DNA of 64,000 nt from a virus. Numbering within the stretch: the stretch's first letter is position 1; every line of letters begins with the position of its first letter. The notes beneath the pieces are model-generated. The model worked only from the letters and a program-made list of their open reading frames with translations. It had not been told where the DNA came from and did no database searches. The stretch covers positions 39,063-103,062 of IMG/VR virus record IMGVR_UViG_3300034103_000446, one strand, 5' to 3'. This document shows, one piece after another, positions 1-10,027 of this stretch. Both the position numbers and the translations under genes were made by a program.

Positions 1-2313
1 GTTCTTAGTAATTGTAAAATCTTTATTAGAGTGAAAATGCTGTTGATTGAATTCAACTATTTCTTTTATTCCAGTTTGCCATACTTCCCAATCGCCGCCG
101 GTGAAGTTATTCAATCGTTTGATTTCTTTAACAATAGCTTCAAAGCGTAAATCATCATTTTCAATAGTGTCATATGATTCGTCAATATATGGACTAAATG
201 TTTTATACCCTTGCTCACGTAACACACGCAAGCAATAAGGTCTAGCCATTAATACAAACGGGTGATTTAGTGCAAAGCAACGATATGTTTTTTCAGTTAA
301 GAACAGACTATCTTCTACAAAAGGACGATGCGCTTGATCCGGACGATCCTTATCATAGAACAATGTTTCAGTGATTACACTGAAATAACTGTCTTTATAG
401 TATTGCAAATCATCGGGTTGAATGTCCACTGGGTTATGTCTATCTTCAGTGATATTCAATCGCATAGGAAACATATCTGCATTCTGTCTAATTAATGGAA
501 ACTTTTGATCATGCAATAACGGAATCTTTTCTTTAAAATCGGTATCGCCCTCAAAACTATACCAGGCCTTATCTACTAGACTCTCATGTAACATACGCTC
601 CAACAATACCATACGATGTTCTCTATTAAGTTTGTTAAAGCAAGTAAAGTTTTTTCCACGGAATCTAACATCGTACCCACCGATATATTCATATCCCTGT
701 GCATAAGTTGTAGTGATATAATTAAAGAAATGGCAGTTTAATAACGAAACACGCTTGTTCCAGCCGTTTTTGTCAATTAACTTTTCATACACTTTGTCAG
801 CATCAATTACACCGGTCAATACAATTATGTCTTCTTCTGGAATAATGTCGTCAACAATGTTAGCAATACGCTGAATTTTGCTTTGTACATGCGGCATAAA
901 TGCTTCTGTGGCTGCAAAGAACAAGAACTTAGACTTGCCGTTCTTATGTGCAAGACGCATTTCTTTAACAATGTCTTGTGTAGGTCTACAAACAAACATT
1001 GTTTCAAAGTTAATTGTAGCATCAATTAAATGAATATTGTGCTCATATTCTTTAATGGCCGGAAACATCTCAAGTACTTGACGCATCATTGTTTCTGTAG
1101 TAGTAGACGGAACCTCATATTTATGTTTAGAACGAGTATCACCGTAATGTATGATTTCACCACTGTGTTGTTGGCTAGTCATCTTGCGCCATGGATCAAT
1201 AACTACAGCAGCAGGATCTTTGAACTGTAGACGTTCGACCCAAGACTCCCAATATCCAATTAGAAACACATGAGTCCAGTCTTCACGCAGGTCATGATCC
1301 TCAGTATTTGGATCGTAGTAGTTTAAGTTGCCACCATGCTTTTCAATATTGTAACCTACTAACATACTTGCAGAACCGTTAATATAACTCACCCCCGGTT
1401 TGTATGCTTTACCAATGATGGTTACATTACGACCATTCTCTAGGCAACGTAGGGCCATGCGCTCGGCTTGTACTTCACGTGCGGCCATGATTGAATCAAA
1501 CAAATCATAACCTAAGTCTAGTCTGTCTGCTAGATAGCGTAGTGCAATGTTATCTCTTGGGTGACATGCACCTGCATCTCCTAGTCCGGCTTTCATGTAT
1601 GCCGGACCCATGATGCGATGTGTACTCTTAGCCAATGCTTGTGTAACTACATCTACGTTGATATTGCCATTGGTCTCTGCAACGTCTTGCACCATGTTGA
1701 CAAGTGCTAGCTTAGTGCTGATAAATGTGTTGTAGAAGATTTTGATAGACTCAGCTTCATCCCATGTGCCAACTTCATAGCGTGGCTCGTTCTGCATAAA
1801 CACTTTATAAAAGTCAATTAATTCACTAGCATCACCAGTAAGGCTACCATCATCTGTGCCAATAATTACCATTTCTGGATTTACCATGTCCCATTTTACG
1901 GTGCCCATAGCAATAAGGTAAGGGTTGTAAATGAATCTTGCATTAGTGATACAAGGCTCTAGGATGCTACGAACTGTTCCGGGTAGCACTGTACTGATGA
2001 GGACAACTAATTGACTTTTAGTAACATGTTTATTGACCTCTTTTAAAATGTCAGTGACTATTGTATAGTCAAAATCTTTGTTTGGAAGATGGCTTGTTGG
2101 AGTTTCACCACCATAGATAGGATCATGTGGTGTGGGTGCCGCGATAAAGATAATGTCTCTGTCTGTTACGGCTAATTCTATTGTGTCACGCATGGGGAAT
2201 GCAGGAGTCCTAGGAACAACATCGTATCCAACAACATCATAACCGGCATCTGCCATGACCTCTGCACAATCTTGTCCCAATTTACCCACACCAATCATTG
2301 CTACTTTTTTCAT
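1..2313 (-). CDS. UDP-glucose/GDP-mannose 6-dehydrogenase fused to a C-terminal GT10-like ('TEK') domain; 3' end runs off the window (>=771 aa)
   Basis: Absent from the ORF track because no stop lies in the window. Read manually from ATG 2313 (GAGG RBS at 2320-2323): MKKVAMIGVGKLG (Rossmann), GLGDAGACHPRDN (catalytic Cys motif), GKAYKPG. The frame stays open through HYGDTR (~1130) into FTCFNKLNREHR, YFSVITET, LTEKTYRCFALNHPF and GYKTFSPYIDESYD. Confidence 0.88.
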   Translation of the reverse strand, partial: MKKVAMIGVGKLGQDCAEVMADAGYDVVGYDVVPRTPAFPMRDTIELAVTDRDIIFIAAPTPHDPIYGGETPTSHLPNKDFDYTIVTDILKEVNKHVTKSQLVVLISTVLPGTVRSILEPCITNARFIYNPYLIAMGTVKWDMVNPEMVIIGTDDGSLTGDASELIDFYKVFMQNEPRYEVGTWDEAESIKIFYNTFISTKLALVNMVQDVAETNGNINVDVVTQALAKSTHRIMGPAYMKAGLGDAGACHPRDNIALRYLADRLDLGYDLFDSIMAAREVQAERMALRCLENGRNVTIIGKAYKPGVSYINGSASMLVGYNIEKHGGNLNYYDPNTEDHDLREDWTHVFLIGYWESWVERLQFKDPAAVVIDPWRKMTSQQHSGEIIHYGDTRSKHKYEVPSTTTETMMRQVLEMFPAIKEYEHNIHLIDATINFETMFVCRPTQDIVKEMRLAHKNGKSKFLFFAATEAFMPHVQSKIQRIANIVDDIIPEEDIIVLTGVIDADKVYEKLIDKNGWNKRVSLLNCHFFNYITTTYAQGYEYIGGYDVRFRGKNFTCFNKLNREHRMVLLERMLHESLVDKAWYSFEGDTDFKEKIPLLHDQKFPLIRQNADMFPMRLNITEDRHNPVDIQPDDLQYYKDSYFSVITETLFYDKDRPDQAHRPFVEDSLFLTEKTYRCFALNHPFVLMARPYCLRVLREQGYKTFSPYIDESYDTIENDDLRFEAIVKEIKRLNNFTGGDWEVWQTGIKEIVEFNQQHFHSNKDFTITKN

Positions 2314-2337
2314 TTAATACCTCGTGTATATACCTAA

Positions 2338-2345
2338 TATTTATT
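2338..2345 (-). promoter_or_regulatory. Candidate late promoter (AATAAATA) for the dehydrogenase fusion gene
   Basis: T4-late-like ATAAATA core 25 nt upstream of ATG 2313, next to a bulged hairpin (2343-2366), in the only sizeable gap of the operon. Confidence 0.5.
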
Positions 2346-2372
2346 TGCTAGGGACACTAGCCAAATTTAAAA

Positions 2373-3449
2373 TTACAGTTTACCAAGTAATTCTCTATGC
2401 TCTAACTCTATACCTGGAAGAGCCAGTTGCAGTTGATTTATTTCATTTTCTGTTTGATTCATGTAATGGTTATAGTTGTGTCTTACCATTTCTCTTATTT
2501 CATTTACATTCTTGTCTAAGTTATCTATAAAATGTTTAACACTTTTTGAAGCCCAATCTAAAATCAATTCTGAGTCTTGGCTTATTCTATTAGTATACGG
2601 TAAAAAGAACTTATCAAATGTCTTGTAACCTAATCTAGTTAAGTGTTCATTAATGCCATCGTCCCCTATAATTATAAAAGGATGATGGTTAATCATCGCT
2701 CTGTAGAGTTTTTCAGTTAGATATGGCATTTTCAGACTGGTAATCGTGCCAGGATTAACATCAAAGCTGTTCTCACTGACAATACTAAGACAAGTGTTTT
2801 TGTAATATTTTAGATTGGTTGGGAAACCAGTATACTCAAATACATTGGTATCATAGCATTTTGATATATCAATGTCTAAGCTAGGTCTTTGTATATCTAT
2901 TAATAATTTGCTTATATAACTATCGTCTTGGAGATATTCTATATCCAATGATTTTATTGCATGTATATTGGTTTGGCTAGCTGGGAAATACAAACTATAA
3001 TCTAGATAATCTAATAAATTGTTAACATAGAAATGATGCATAAGACCTATTCTTTGTCTCTTTAATGGTTTACCTATTAAAAACAATGCTTTATTGCTAT
3101 CTGGATACCATTTGCTTGTATGTCTTTTTAAACTGTGTTTATATGTAATATAAGCCCAGGTGTTTAAGTAATACACATTTGTTCTATGCCCGGTTGTTTC
3201 TCTAGCAGTATCATGAAATAGAAAATGATGTGGGATATTTATTGACTGTGCATATTTTCCTACCTCATCTGATATTGAATTCAAGTAATCTGAATCAAAA
3301 CTGCTTAGGCTCTCAACTAGGGCATTGAATATAATTTCATCGCCGGGCGCATAATATGCTTTTAATTGAAATTGAATATCCTCAATGATATCGTCAAACT
3401 TCATTGTATTGCCTATATAGGCAGCAATTCGAACGTAAATGTATTTCAT
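2373..3449 (-). CDS. GT10 (fucosyltransferase)-like 'TEK' domain protein
   Basis: CLSIVSENS...YLTEKLYRAMINHHPF..GYKTF resembles the GT10 FENS...YITEK motif; paralogous to four other domains in the operon. Confidence 0.55.
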   Translation of the reverse strand: MKYIYVRIAAYIGNTMKFDDIIEDIQFQLKAYYAPGDEIIFNALVESLSSFDSDYLNSISDEVGKYAQSINIPHHFLFHDTARETTGHRTNVYYLNTWAYITYKHSLKRHTSKWYPDSNKALFLIGKPLKRQRIGLMHHFYVNNLLDYLDYSLYFPASQTNIHAIKSLDIEYLQDDSYISKLLIDIQRPSLDIDISKCYDTNVFEYTGFPTNLKYYKNTCLSIVSENSFDVNPGTITSLKMPYLTEKLYRAMINHHPFIIIGDDGINEHLTRLGYKTFDKFFLPYTNRISQDSELILDWASKSVKHFIDNLDKNVNEIREMVRHNYNHYMNQTENEINQLQLALPGIELEHRELLGKL

Positions 3450-4237
3450 AATAACGGGAGATAATCTCTGCTCATTAAGTTTCTGATTGATTGGTTAAAA
3501 TTCTGTCTAATATTGTGTAAAGTTTTACACCGGGCCAAGGCAGTTGTAGTAACGGTTGCATAATCTTTAGTGATTGTATTAAACTCTAACCCACATGCTT
3601 CTAAGTAATCATAGTAAGTTATTGGTTTAGGGTGAGGATCAGCATGCGGTTGACCATCGTGATTGATATATGTTACTGGGTCTCTACTCCAATCACGTCC
3701 CATAAAATCATATAATGACATAGGCATATTATCATATTCTTTTTGATATAGGGTTGATAATGTTCTTGATATTTCGATATCATCAACTTTTCCAAAATCA
3801 GTGTATTTAAATGGTACACTTCTTAGTAACAATGTACCACAATTGCTTTGTTGTAGTAACTTATTGGTAATACTAATTATAGCATGGTCACGAATCATGT
3901 GCCCGGTTGGATCACAATATTCTTTTACCCAATCTTTAGGATACTGACTGTTCCAGGCATTGCCTTGAGCAAACCAACCACCATTAATCCAGCGGTCTTC
4001 TCTACTAAATGTAGACCACATAATCATAACTAAATCAGTATCATTAAATTTATATCTAGCATTGGCTTCAGTAACCCTAGCCATAATGCCCAAATTACCC
4101 ATACCCGCCATGGCATGGTTATAGTAATCTGCTTTTGTTTCTACTGCAATTATATCGGCCCAGGTGGGCCATTTATATGCAGTGAAGCTGCAACCAAATG
4201 CGAATATACGCTTATATTTCTTTAAATTTATTTTCAT
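3446..4237 (-). CDS. SGNH/GDSL-like hydrolase or acyltransferase
   Basis: FGCSFT (block I Ser), AGMGN, C-terminal DPHP. Start moved from TTG 4264 to ATG 4237 (MKINLKK). Confidence 0.6.
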   Translation of the reverse strand: MKINLKKYKRIFAFGCSFTAYKWPTWADIIAVETKADYYNHAMAGMGNLGIMARVTEANARYKFNDTDLVMIMWSTFSREDRWINGGWFAQGNAWNSQYPKDWVKEYCDPTGHMIRDHAIISITNKLLQQSNCGTLLLRSVPFKYTDFGKVDDIEISRTLSTLYQKEYDNMPMSLYDFMGRDWSRDPVTYINHDGQPHADPHPKPITYYDYLEACGLEFNTITKDYATVTTTALARCKTLHNIRQNFNQSIRNLMSRDYLPLL

Positions 4238-6260
4238 TTTCTCTGATAAAATTAAGTAAGTCAACAGAATAATCCTGTATCTTATTAAGAACCTGATGAT
4301 TAACTAGTTCCTGCCATGGCTTAGGAACTAGATTGCTATTAGTTGCTAATCTCAATATAACTCGTTTATTGTACATGCACTTTTCAAATACAGAATCATA
4401 TAGTTCTTTTAGTTCAGAGGGTGATTTATCAGTGTATCTTTTTACATTCTGTGCTATTAAATCGTATCTAATTTTAGTGTCGGGTTCGCTGTCAAAACTG
4501 TAATCAAAGAGTTCATCGTATAACTTAAAACCCAACTCCTGTAACTTTTTATGAAAGTTTATAGACCCTGCCACCAAGAAAGGTTTATTAAAGAATAACG
4601 GCATTGCTGTTTTTTCTGTTATAGTAAATGCAATGTCATCTGTTTCAGGAACTAATTGCATAAACGATAATGCATATTCTAATGGGAATGTTTCCTGAGA
4701 TTTAAAACCATCAACCTGATCTCGTAACATTATCTGTTGATTCCAGTATTCAAACTGATAATTGTCTGTGAGTTCTCTCCAAATAACTATACCATTGTCA
4801 ATTATATCATGTTTAGCTAGCATATCCATCATTTTAGCTCTATGTAATTTTGGAGCTTTGTTCATGCTAATATATGGATATTTAATGGGGGTTTTCTCAG
4901 ATACACGAATATTTTCTACATCTAAGCATATACTATTGTTAGCCTGATAATTAGGACTTACTGATAGCCTAGCCAATGCCATAGAGAACCAGAATGTAGT
5001 CCAGTAATATGTATTAACATGTTTATCTACATTTATATGAGTATTGTCTGACGCTGATGCTGTTATTAAATCAAACTCTATGTTATGTATTTTAGCAAAC
5101 TCAACTAATTCATTGAATTTCTCTACGGATCCGTTAATAGTATTGCTGTCAAACTCAGTTGCACCGTTATATATTATCTTAGACACCCGGCCGGCGTTTT
5201 CCATAAACCTATCGGCCCTGTCTAATGTGTTATTGTGCCATATATTGAAATCTATAATTTCATGATTATTAATCATTTTATTATACATATAAATGTATCT
5301 GCCGTCGGTTGCGTTATGCACAATAGAATTGTCATTTCTTAATTCTACTATACGGTCTCTAATCACTGGCGGTATATATTTTACCTCATTTATTATACGG
5401 ATATAATTGTCATAATTACGCTGTGCTTTTTCTTTTATTAACTGATATAACTCAGTAGTATTTTGTTCTGTTATGCGCTTAACATTCAAAGCGATAGCCT
5501 CAGCACGTTTAAGCATATCGGGTTCACTGTCAAAGCTATAATCTATAATCTCGTCATACAACTCAAATCCTAAATCAACTAATCTCTTATGGAAATATTG
5601 ATCGGCCATGATAATAAAAGGCTTTTTAAATAATATAGGTAAACAGGTCTTTTCAGTAATAAATGGCACTGTTGTGGTAGCCTCTCCTATTACATGCAAG
5701 AATGATTTATAGTATTTGTCCGGTATTAAGAATGAATCTAGTTTAGTTTCAAAGTCGTCTGATATTAATCTAACCTCATCATTATAGTGTTTGAATTGAT
5801 ATAAGCTAGGATTTCGTGCTGGAAATCGGTTCCATGTCACAATACCTTTATCTAGTAATCCTTGACCAGTTAACTCATCTACTAACATACAGCGATGCAT
5901 GTGATTCTTGTTATTCAAGCATATATAAGGATAATCGAAATCAGTATAAGTTTGATTAAAGTCTAAATGGTTGCTGCACATTACAGACCAGTTTAACCAG
6001 TATGTGTACCAATTAACTATCTCTATGTTGTTAAAGTGTTGAGTTTGTTGATGATAGTAACTAGTAGGATAGGAACCAACTGTTACAACTAGTTTAATAT
6101 TGTTACTGTTTAATAGTTCTGCTAATTCAACTGTTAATTCACGAGAATGCCATTCTGTTTCACATAAAAATACTATTGTATTTGGCTTCTCTGTGTTAAC
6201 AATGTCTACAAACTTTTCATATGAGGGTTCGTCTAATTGACTGATGTAAACTGTTTTCAT
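4212..6260 (-). CDS. Tandem two-domain GT10-like 'TEK' protein (682 aa)
   Basis: Two homologous halves: YPYICLNNKNHMHR..ITEKTCLPILFKKPF..GFELYDEIIDYSFDSEPD and YPYISMNKAPKLHR..ITEKTAMPLFFNKPF..GFKLYDELFDYSFDSEPD. Confidence 0.65.
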   Translation of the reverse strand: MKTVYISQLDEPSYEKFVDIVNTEKPNTIVFLCETEWHSRELTVELAELLNSNNIKLVVTVGSYPTSYYHQQTQHFNNIEIVNWYTYWLNWSVMCSNHLDFNQTYTDFDYPYICLNNKNHMHRCMLVDELTGQGLLDKGIVTWNRFPARNPSLYQFKHYNDEVRLISDDFETKLDSFLIPDKYYKSFLHVIGEATTTVPFITEKTCLPILFKKPFIIMADQYFHKRLVDLGFELYDEIIDYSFDSEPDMLKRAEAIALNVKRITEQNTTELYQLIKEKAQRNYDNYIRIINEVKYIPPVIRDRIVELRNDNSIVHNATDGRYIYMYNKMINNHEIIDFNIWHNNTLDRADRFMENAGRVSKIIYNGATEFDSNTINGSVEKFNELVEFAKIHNIEFDLITASASDNTHINVDKHVNTYYWTTFWFSMALARLSVSPNYQANNSICLDVENIRVSEKTPIKYPYISMNKAPKLHRAKMMDMLAKHDIIDNGIVIWRELTDNYQFEYWNQQIMLRDQVDGFKSQETFPLEYALSFMQLVPETDDIAFTITEKTAMPLFFNKPFLVAGSINFHKKLQELGFKLYDELFDYSFDSEPDTKIRYDLIAQNVKRYTDKSPSELKELYDSVFEKCMYNKRVILRLATNSNLVPKPWQELVNHQVLNKIQDYSVDLLNFIRENENKFKEI

Positions 6261-8185
6261 TTTCTAGTAACCCATGCCTTACCAAAGTTTCTACGTCTTG
6301 CAAAGAATATCTGTTCGCAAAACTTTTCTAATGTCATTGTCTTATCCTCAGGGAAATCAAACTCATAACTAGCAGGTGATTCTAATTCATTTTGATTCTG
6401 TAGATAGCCGAATATATCATACTTGAAATCAATAACCTTAGGATATGTCCCGCACTGTGTATAGTCAACCAAATAATTACGTTGGATAAGCATTAACTCA
6501 TCGTGCAAGTCTTTGGGTAATGGATACTCTTTCAGTAAGAAGTTTTCAATTACATCAAATATATGCTTATGTTTATTCTCACTCTGTAGCATGATAATGG
6601 TACTGTGTATTAAGTTCCATCCGTGAATTTGCATACCCATTAATAATGGGTGATCAATCATTCCTCGTTCACCCCATAATCCGTAATGTTTACCAATACG
6701 TTGAATCTCACTGTTAACCCATGGATCTTTTTCTATATATTGATAGAGTTTTTCATAGAAATCTCTATATTCAACACCGTGCAATTTAAACAATACACGA
6801 CTAATATAGTTTGTCATGCCATTAATGTGAAATGTATTTTGATACCAGGCATGTAATTGCGCTTGAAGCATCTTGTCAAGTGGCAAGTCACGTGTGCTTA
6901 CTACAATTTCAACACCCTCACGTAGGTTCTTTTCGTTGTTAGAGCCTACTAAGTAATCGTAAACAACTTGACCTTGTAATTTATACATCTTACGCTGAGT
7001 CAGATTCATTTCAGCATTTTCTAATAGTTGTGCTTGATATACAGTGATACCAGTGTGATTGCCTGCTTTGTACAATCTATAGAAGTTTTCTTTCCAACTT
7101 GCTAATGTTTCGCCCGGCAAGCCTAGAATCAACTCAGTGTACAATGGGATGTTAGCTTCCTCACACATAACAAACACTTCACCAATCTTGTTAGTATCTA
7201 AGTTAGTTCGTTTGATAATCTCTAGTGTGTTCTCATCCATAGTCTGCACAGACAAGTTCAAGCCGATCTTGGCTCCACCTTCGTATATCAATTTCTTAAC
7301 GATATCAACAACTTCTTTCTTTTGATTCTTTGCCCAGGCAATTGTATATGCACGTGGCATGCCGTATTCTTTTTGTACGGCAATTAATTTATCAGCAATT
7401 AAGCTATCACGCTCTGCAAAGATACCGAAATTGGCGTCAGTAAAGCTAATAAAATCAAATTGATTCTGACCCATCCATTCTAATTCAGCAAATACTCTTT
7501 CTAATTCGAATATCTTTACTTTATTGTATGTTAAGCTACCCCAGTCACAGAATGTACATGCATAGGGGCATCCTCTGTTTGTTTCGATAGTTCCGTTCCA
7601 ACGAATCTCAGGGTGCTTCTTCATTAGTTTATCGAATATACCAGACAAGTACGGACTAGGAATCGTGTCTAAGTCATCAATGCGAACAGTATCACCCGTA
7701 CTAACTGCTACACCGTTGTCGTTGACTAGCATACCGTTGATAGATTTATAGTCAGGGGTATCTTTTAAGTGTTCTTCAAGTACGGCTCTGAATGTTTTCT
7801 CACCTTCTAACTTAACGCATATGTCTAAGAAAGGGTATTGTTCAAAGATATCTTCTTTCTCAATAGGGAACTCAGGGCCGCCACCAATAATGAATAGATT
7901 AGGATTAGCTAATTTTAATGCTTTCCCCAATTCTTTAGTGTAACTACGATTCCAGATATATGTACTGAAACCAATTACATCACTGTCTTTTAATATCTCT
8001 ACTGCATCTTCTATGTCTTCGCGGCGCCAAATAAATTCCCCCAATTCATAGTTTTCATTAATTATAGGGAACTGATTTACGTAACTCCACAGGATTCCTG
8101 GACTATAAGGCAAGTAATATGCGTTTAATTCCTTAGGACCCTGTTGAAAGTTTGGACTGACAAAGCTGATTATCTTTTTAGACAT
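6257..8185 (-). CDS. Cobalamin-binding radical SAM protein (class B methyltransferase-like)
   Basis: N-terminal B12-binding-type motifs (GFSTYIWN, IIGGGPE, EGE) followed by ETNRGCPYACTFCDWG (CxxxCxxC), DANFG and ELILGLPGET. Confidence 0.88.
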   Translation of the reverse strand: MSKKIISFVSPNFQQGPKELNAYYLPYSPGILWSYVNQFPIINENYELGEFIWRREDIEDAVEILKDSDVIGFSTYIWNRSYTKELGKALKLANPNLFIIGGGPEFPIEKEDIFEQYPFLDICVKLEGEKTFRAVLEEHLKDTPDYKSINGMLVNDNGVAVSTGDTVRIDDLDTIPSPYLSGIFDKLMKKHPEIRWNGTIETNRGCPYACTFCDWGSLTYNKVKIFELERVFAELEWMGQNQFDFISFTDANFGIFAERDSLIADKLIAVQKEYGMPRAYTIAWAKNQKKEVVDIVKKLIYEGGAKIGLNLSVQTMDENTLEIIKRTNLDTNKIGEVFVMCEEANIPLYTELILGLPGETLASWKENFYRLYKAGNHTGITVYQAQLLENAEMNLTQRKMYKLQGQVVYDYLVGSNNEKNLREGVEIVVSTRDLPLDKMLQAQLHAWYQNTFHINGMTNYISRVLFKLHGVEYRDFYEKLYQYIEKDPWVNSEIQRIGKHYGLWGERGMIDHPLLMGMQIHGWNLIHSTIIMLQSENKHKHIFDVIENFLLKEYPLPKDLHDELMLIQRNYLVDYTQCGTYPKVIDFKYDIFGYLQNQNELESPASYEFDFPEDKTMTLEKFCEQIFFARRRNFGKAWVTRK

Positions 8186-9053
8186 TTTTATTCTGTATGA
8201 AGGTGGCCAATTCTTTGGCTATGAACTTGTATCCTTCCACAGTTGGATGAATACAGTTAGTCAAATATTTAGCTGGCCATGCCCTCTTACTGTAAAACTC
8301 ATAATGTCCGCCCCAATCCTTAGGGTTCATGAGTCCATCTAGTTCTACAAATCGCTGCACAAATGCACCGTATTTTGTTTGATTGTGTAAGTATGTAGAC
8401 CAATCAAACTTGGTAAACATTCGTCCGGTATTTTCTAGTAGATACTTTTGCACTGAGCCGCCCGGAGATTGATTAAATGCATTAGCAACAACTACTTTGA
8501 ATCCGTGCGCTTTAGCAAATGATTGTAGATTTAAAAGTGCCATTAATGCAGTGTTTGCTGCGAATTGCTCACTCCATAACATTTTTCCATATGTAGCCCA
8601 CAATGGTTCTTCGGCGCCTCCCTCTCCTGCTATAGGCCAGGCTGTTCTCCACTTATAGTGTGCAAAATCCCCGTTACTGTATCCATCATTTAGCTTCTCG
8701 TTGCGCTTTGGATGTGGCTGAAAGAAGTCTAATCGTTCGAATCCACTAAGCATAAGAATAATATATCCTTCGCTATTAGACCAATCGATTCTATCACAGA
8801 AATGCAATTGATTAACAGCGGCGGTGTTTCCTATACCACGAACTCCTAAGTTCATAGGAGTATAGTCTGGAAAGTGATTGGTACATAATTGATTTACCCA
8901 ACTGTTCTCATGTTCATACTTACGCAAGTGATAATCTGGAACACCCCTCAACTGTACTCTACCGTTGTATTGATTCCATATTTCTTCAGGATAGCCGCCC
9001 TCACCTTGAGTCCAGCTGCATCCTAAACCTACGATGTATTTCTTTTTAGTCAT
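8178..9053 (-). CDS. SGNH/GDSL-like hydrolase or acyltransferase
   Basis: GCSWTQG, NLGVRGIGN, C-terminal IHPT..GY. Start moved to ATG 9053 (MTKKKY), overlapping the upstream stop by 8 nt. Confidence 0.6.
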   Translation of the reverse strand: MTKKKYIVGLGCSWTQGEGGYPEEIWNQYNGRVQLRGVPDYHLRKYEHENSWVNQLCTNHFPDYTPMNLGVRGIGNTAAVNQLHFCDRIDWSNSEGYIILMLSGFERLDFFQPHPKRNEKLNDGYSNGDFAHYKWRTAWPIAGEGGAEEPLWATYGKMLWSEQFAANTALMALLNLQSFAKAHGFKVVVANAFNQSPGGSVQKYLLENTGRMFTKFDWSTYLHNQTKYGAFVQRFVELDGLMNPKDWGGHYEFYSKRAWPAKYLTNCIHPTVEGYKFIAKELATFIQNKNV

Positions 9054-10026
9054 CTGTCTTACCTGAATCAATTTGCTCAACAATCCAGTTGTATGTTTTA
9101 TGTATACCTACTTCTAACGATTCTGTAGGAGCCCAATTTAATTTTTCACGTATCAATGTGTTATCACTAGTACGACCCATAACTCCCATTGGCCCGGGTA
9201 TATTTTTAATATGAACTTTTTTACCAACAAGATCGGCTATTAGATAGACTAGATTGTTAATTGATATCATTCGAGAGCTACCTAAGTTGACTGGCTCTGA
9301 AAAATCACTTTCCATCAAACGTTGAACACCGTCTAAGCATTCATCAATGAATAAAAAGCTACGAGTTTGAGTGCCTGGACCCCATATTTCAATTGTTCCG
9401 CCGGGCTCGACAGTTGCAACTTTTCTACAAAGAGCCGCGGGTGCTTTTTCTTTGCCATTGTTCCATGATCCATAAGGACCAAATACATTATGAAACCGTG
9501 CAATGCGTACTTCTATGCCATAGTTCTTAGCATAAGTTAGATATAATCGTTCACTGAATAACTTTTCCCAACCGTATTCACTGTCAGGATTTGCAGGGTA
9601 TGCACTTGATTCGGTGAGAACTGGGTTGTTAGGGTCTAGCTGATTGTGCTCCGGATACATACATGCACTTGAACTATAGAATATTTTAGCGTTTTTATTC
9701 TTTCTACGAACATTATCTAATATGTTTAGATTAATCATCACAGAGTTATGCATGATATCAGCATCGTGTTCACCGGTAAAGATATAGCCGGCACCGCCCA
9801 TGTCGGCAGCTAATTGATATATTTCATCGTACCTAATTGTATGAAATAAGCTCTCTACATTTTGTTGATCTCTTAAATCTACCACATAGAATTCATCAGC
9901 CAGCGACTTACTGTATAAGGGTTCTTTTAAGTCTGTACCTACTACGTAGTGGCCAGCTTTTTTCAATCTTTCTACTAAGTGGGATCCAATGAACCCACCA
10001 GCACCACATACTAAAATCTTTTTCAT
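9046..10026 (-). CDS. GDP-mannose 3',5'-epimerase-like extended SDR
   Basis: GAGGFIG, LAADMGG, SSACMY, YGWEK, RFHNVFGP, EKAPAALCRK and QTRSF are the motifs characteristic of the GME subfamily. Confidence 0.88.
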   Translation of the reverse strand: MKKILVCGAGGFIGSHLVERLKKAGHYVVGTDLKEPLYSKSLADEFYVVDLRDQQNVESLFHTIRYDEIYQLAADMGGAGYIFTGEHDADIMHNSVMINLNILDNVRRKNKNAKIFYSSSACMYPEHNQLDPNNPVLTESSAYPANPDSEYGWEKLFSERLYLTYAKNYGIEVRIARFHNVFGPYGSWNNGKEKAPAALCRKVATVEPGGTIEIWGPGTQTRSFLFIDECLDGVQRLMESDFSEPVNLGSSRMISINNLVYLIADLVGKKVHIKNIPGPMGVMGRTSDNTLIREKLNWAPTESLEVGIHKTYNWIVEQIDSGKTDD

Positions 10027-10027
10027 A

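Noticed and set aside
47-1230. Short ORF-track entries 47..238 (+), 825..1025 (-) and 1030..1230 (+)
   Set aside because: They lie within the long minus-strand dehydrogenase fusion, which has clear motifs; they are shadow ORFs.
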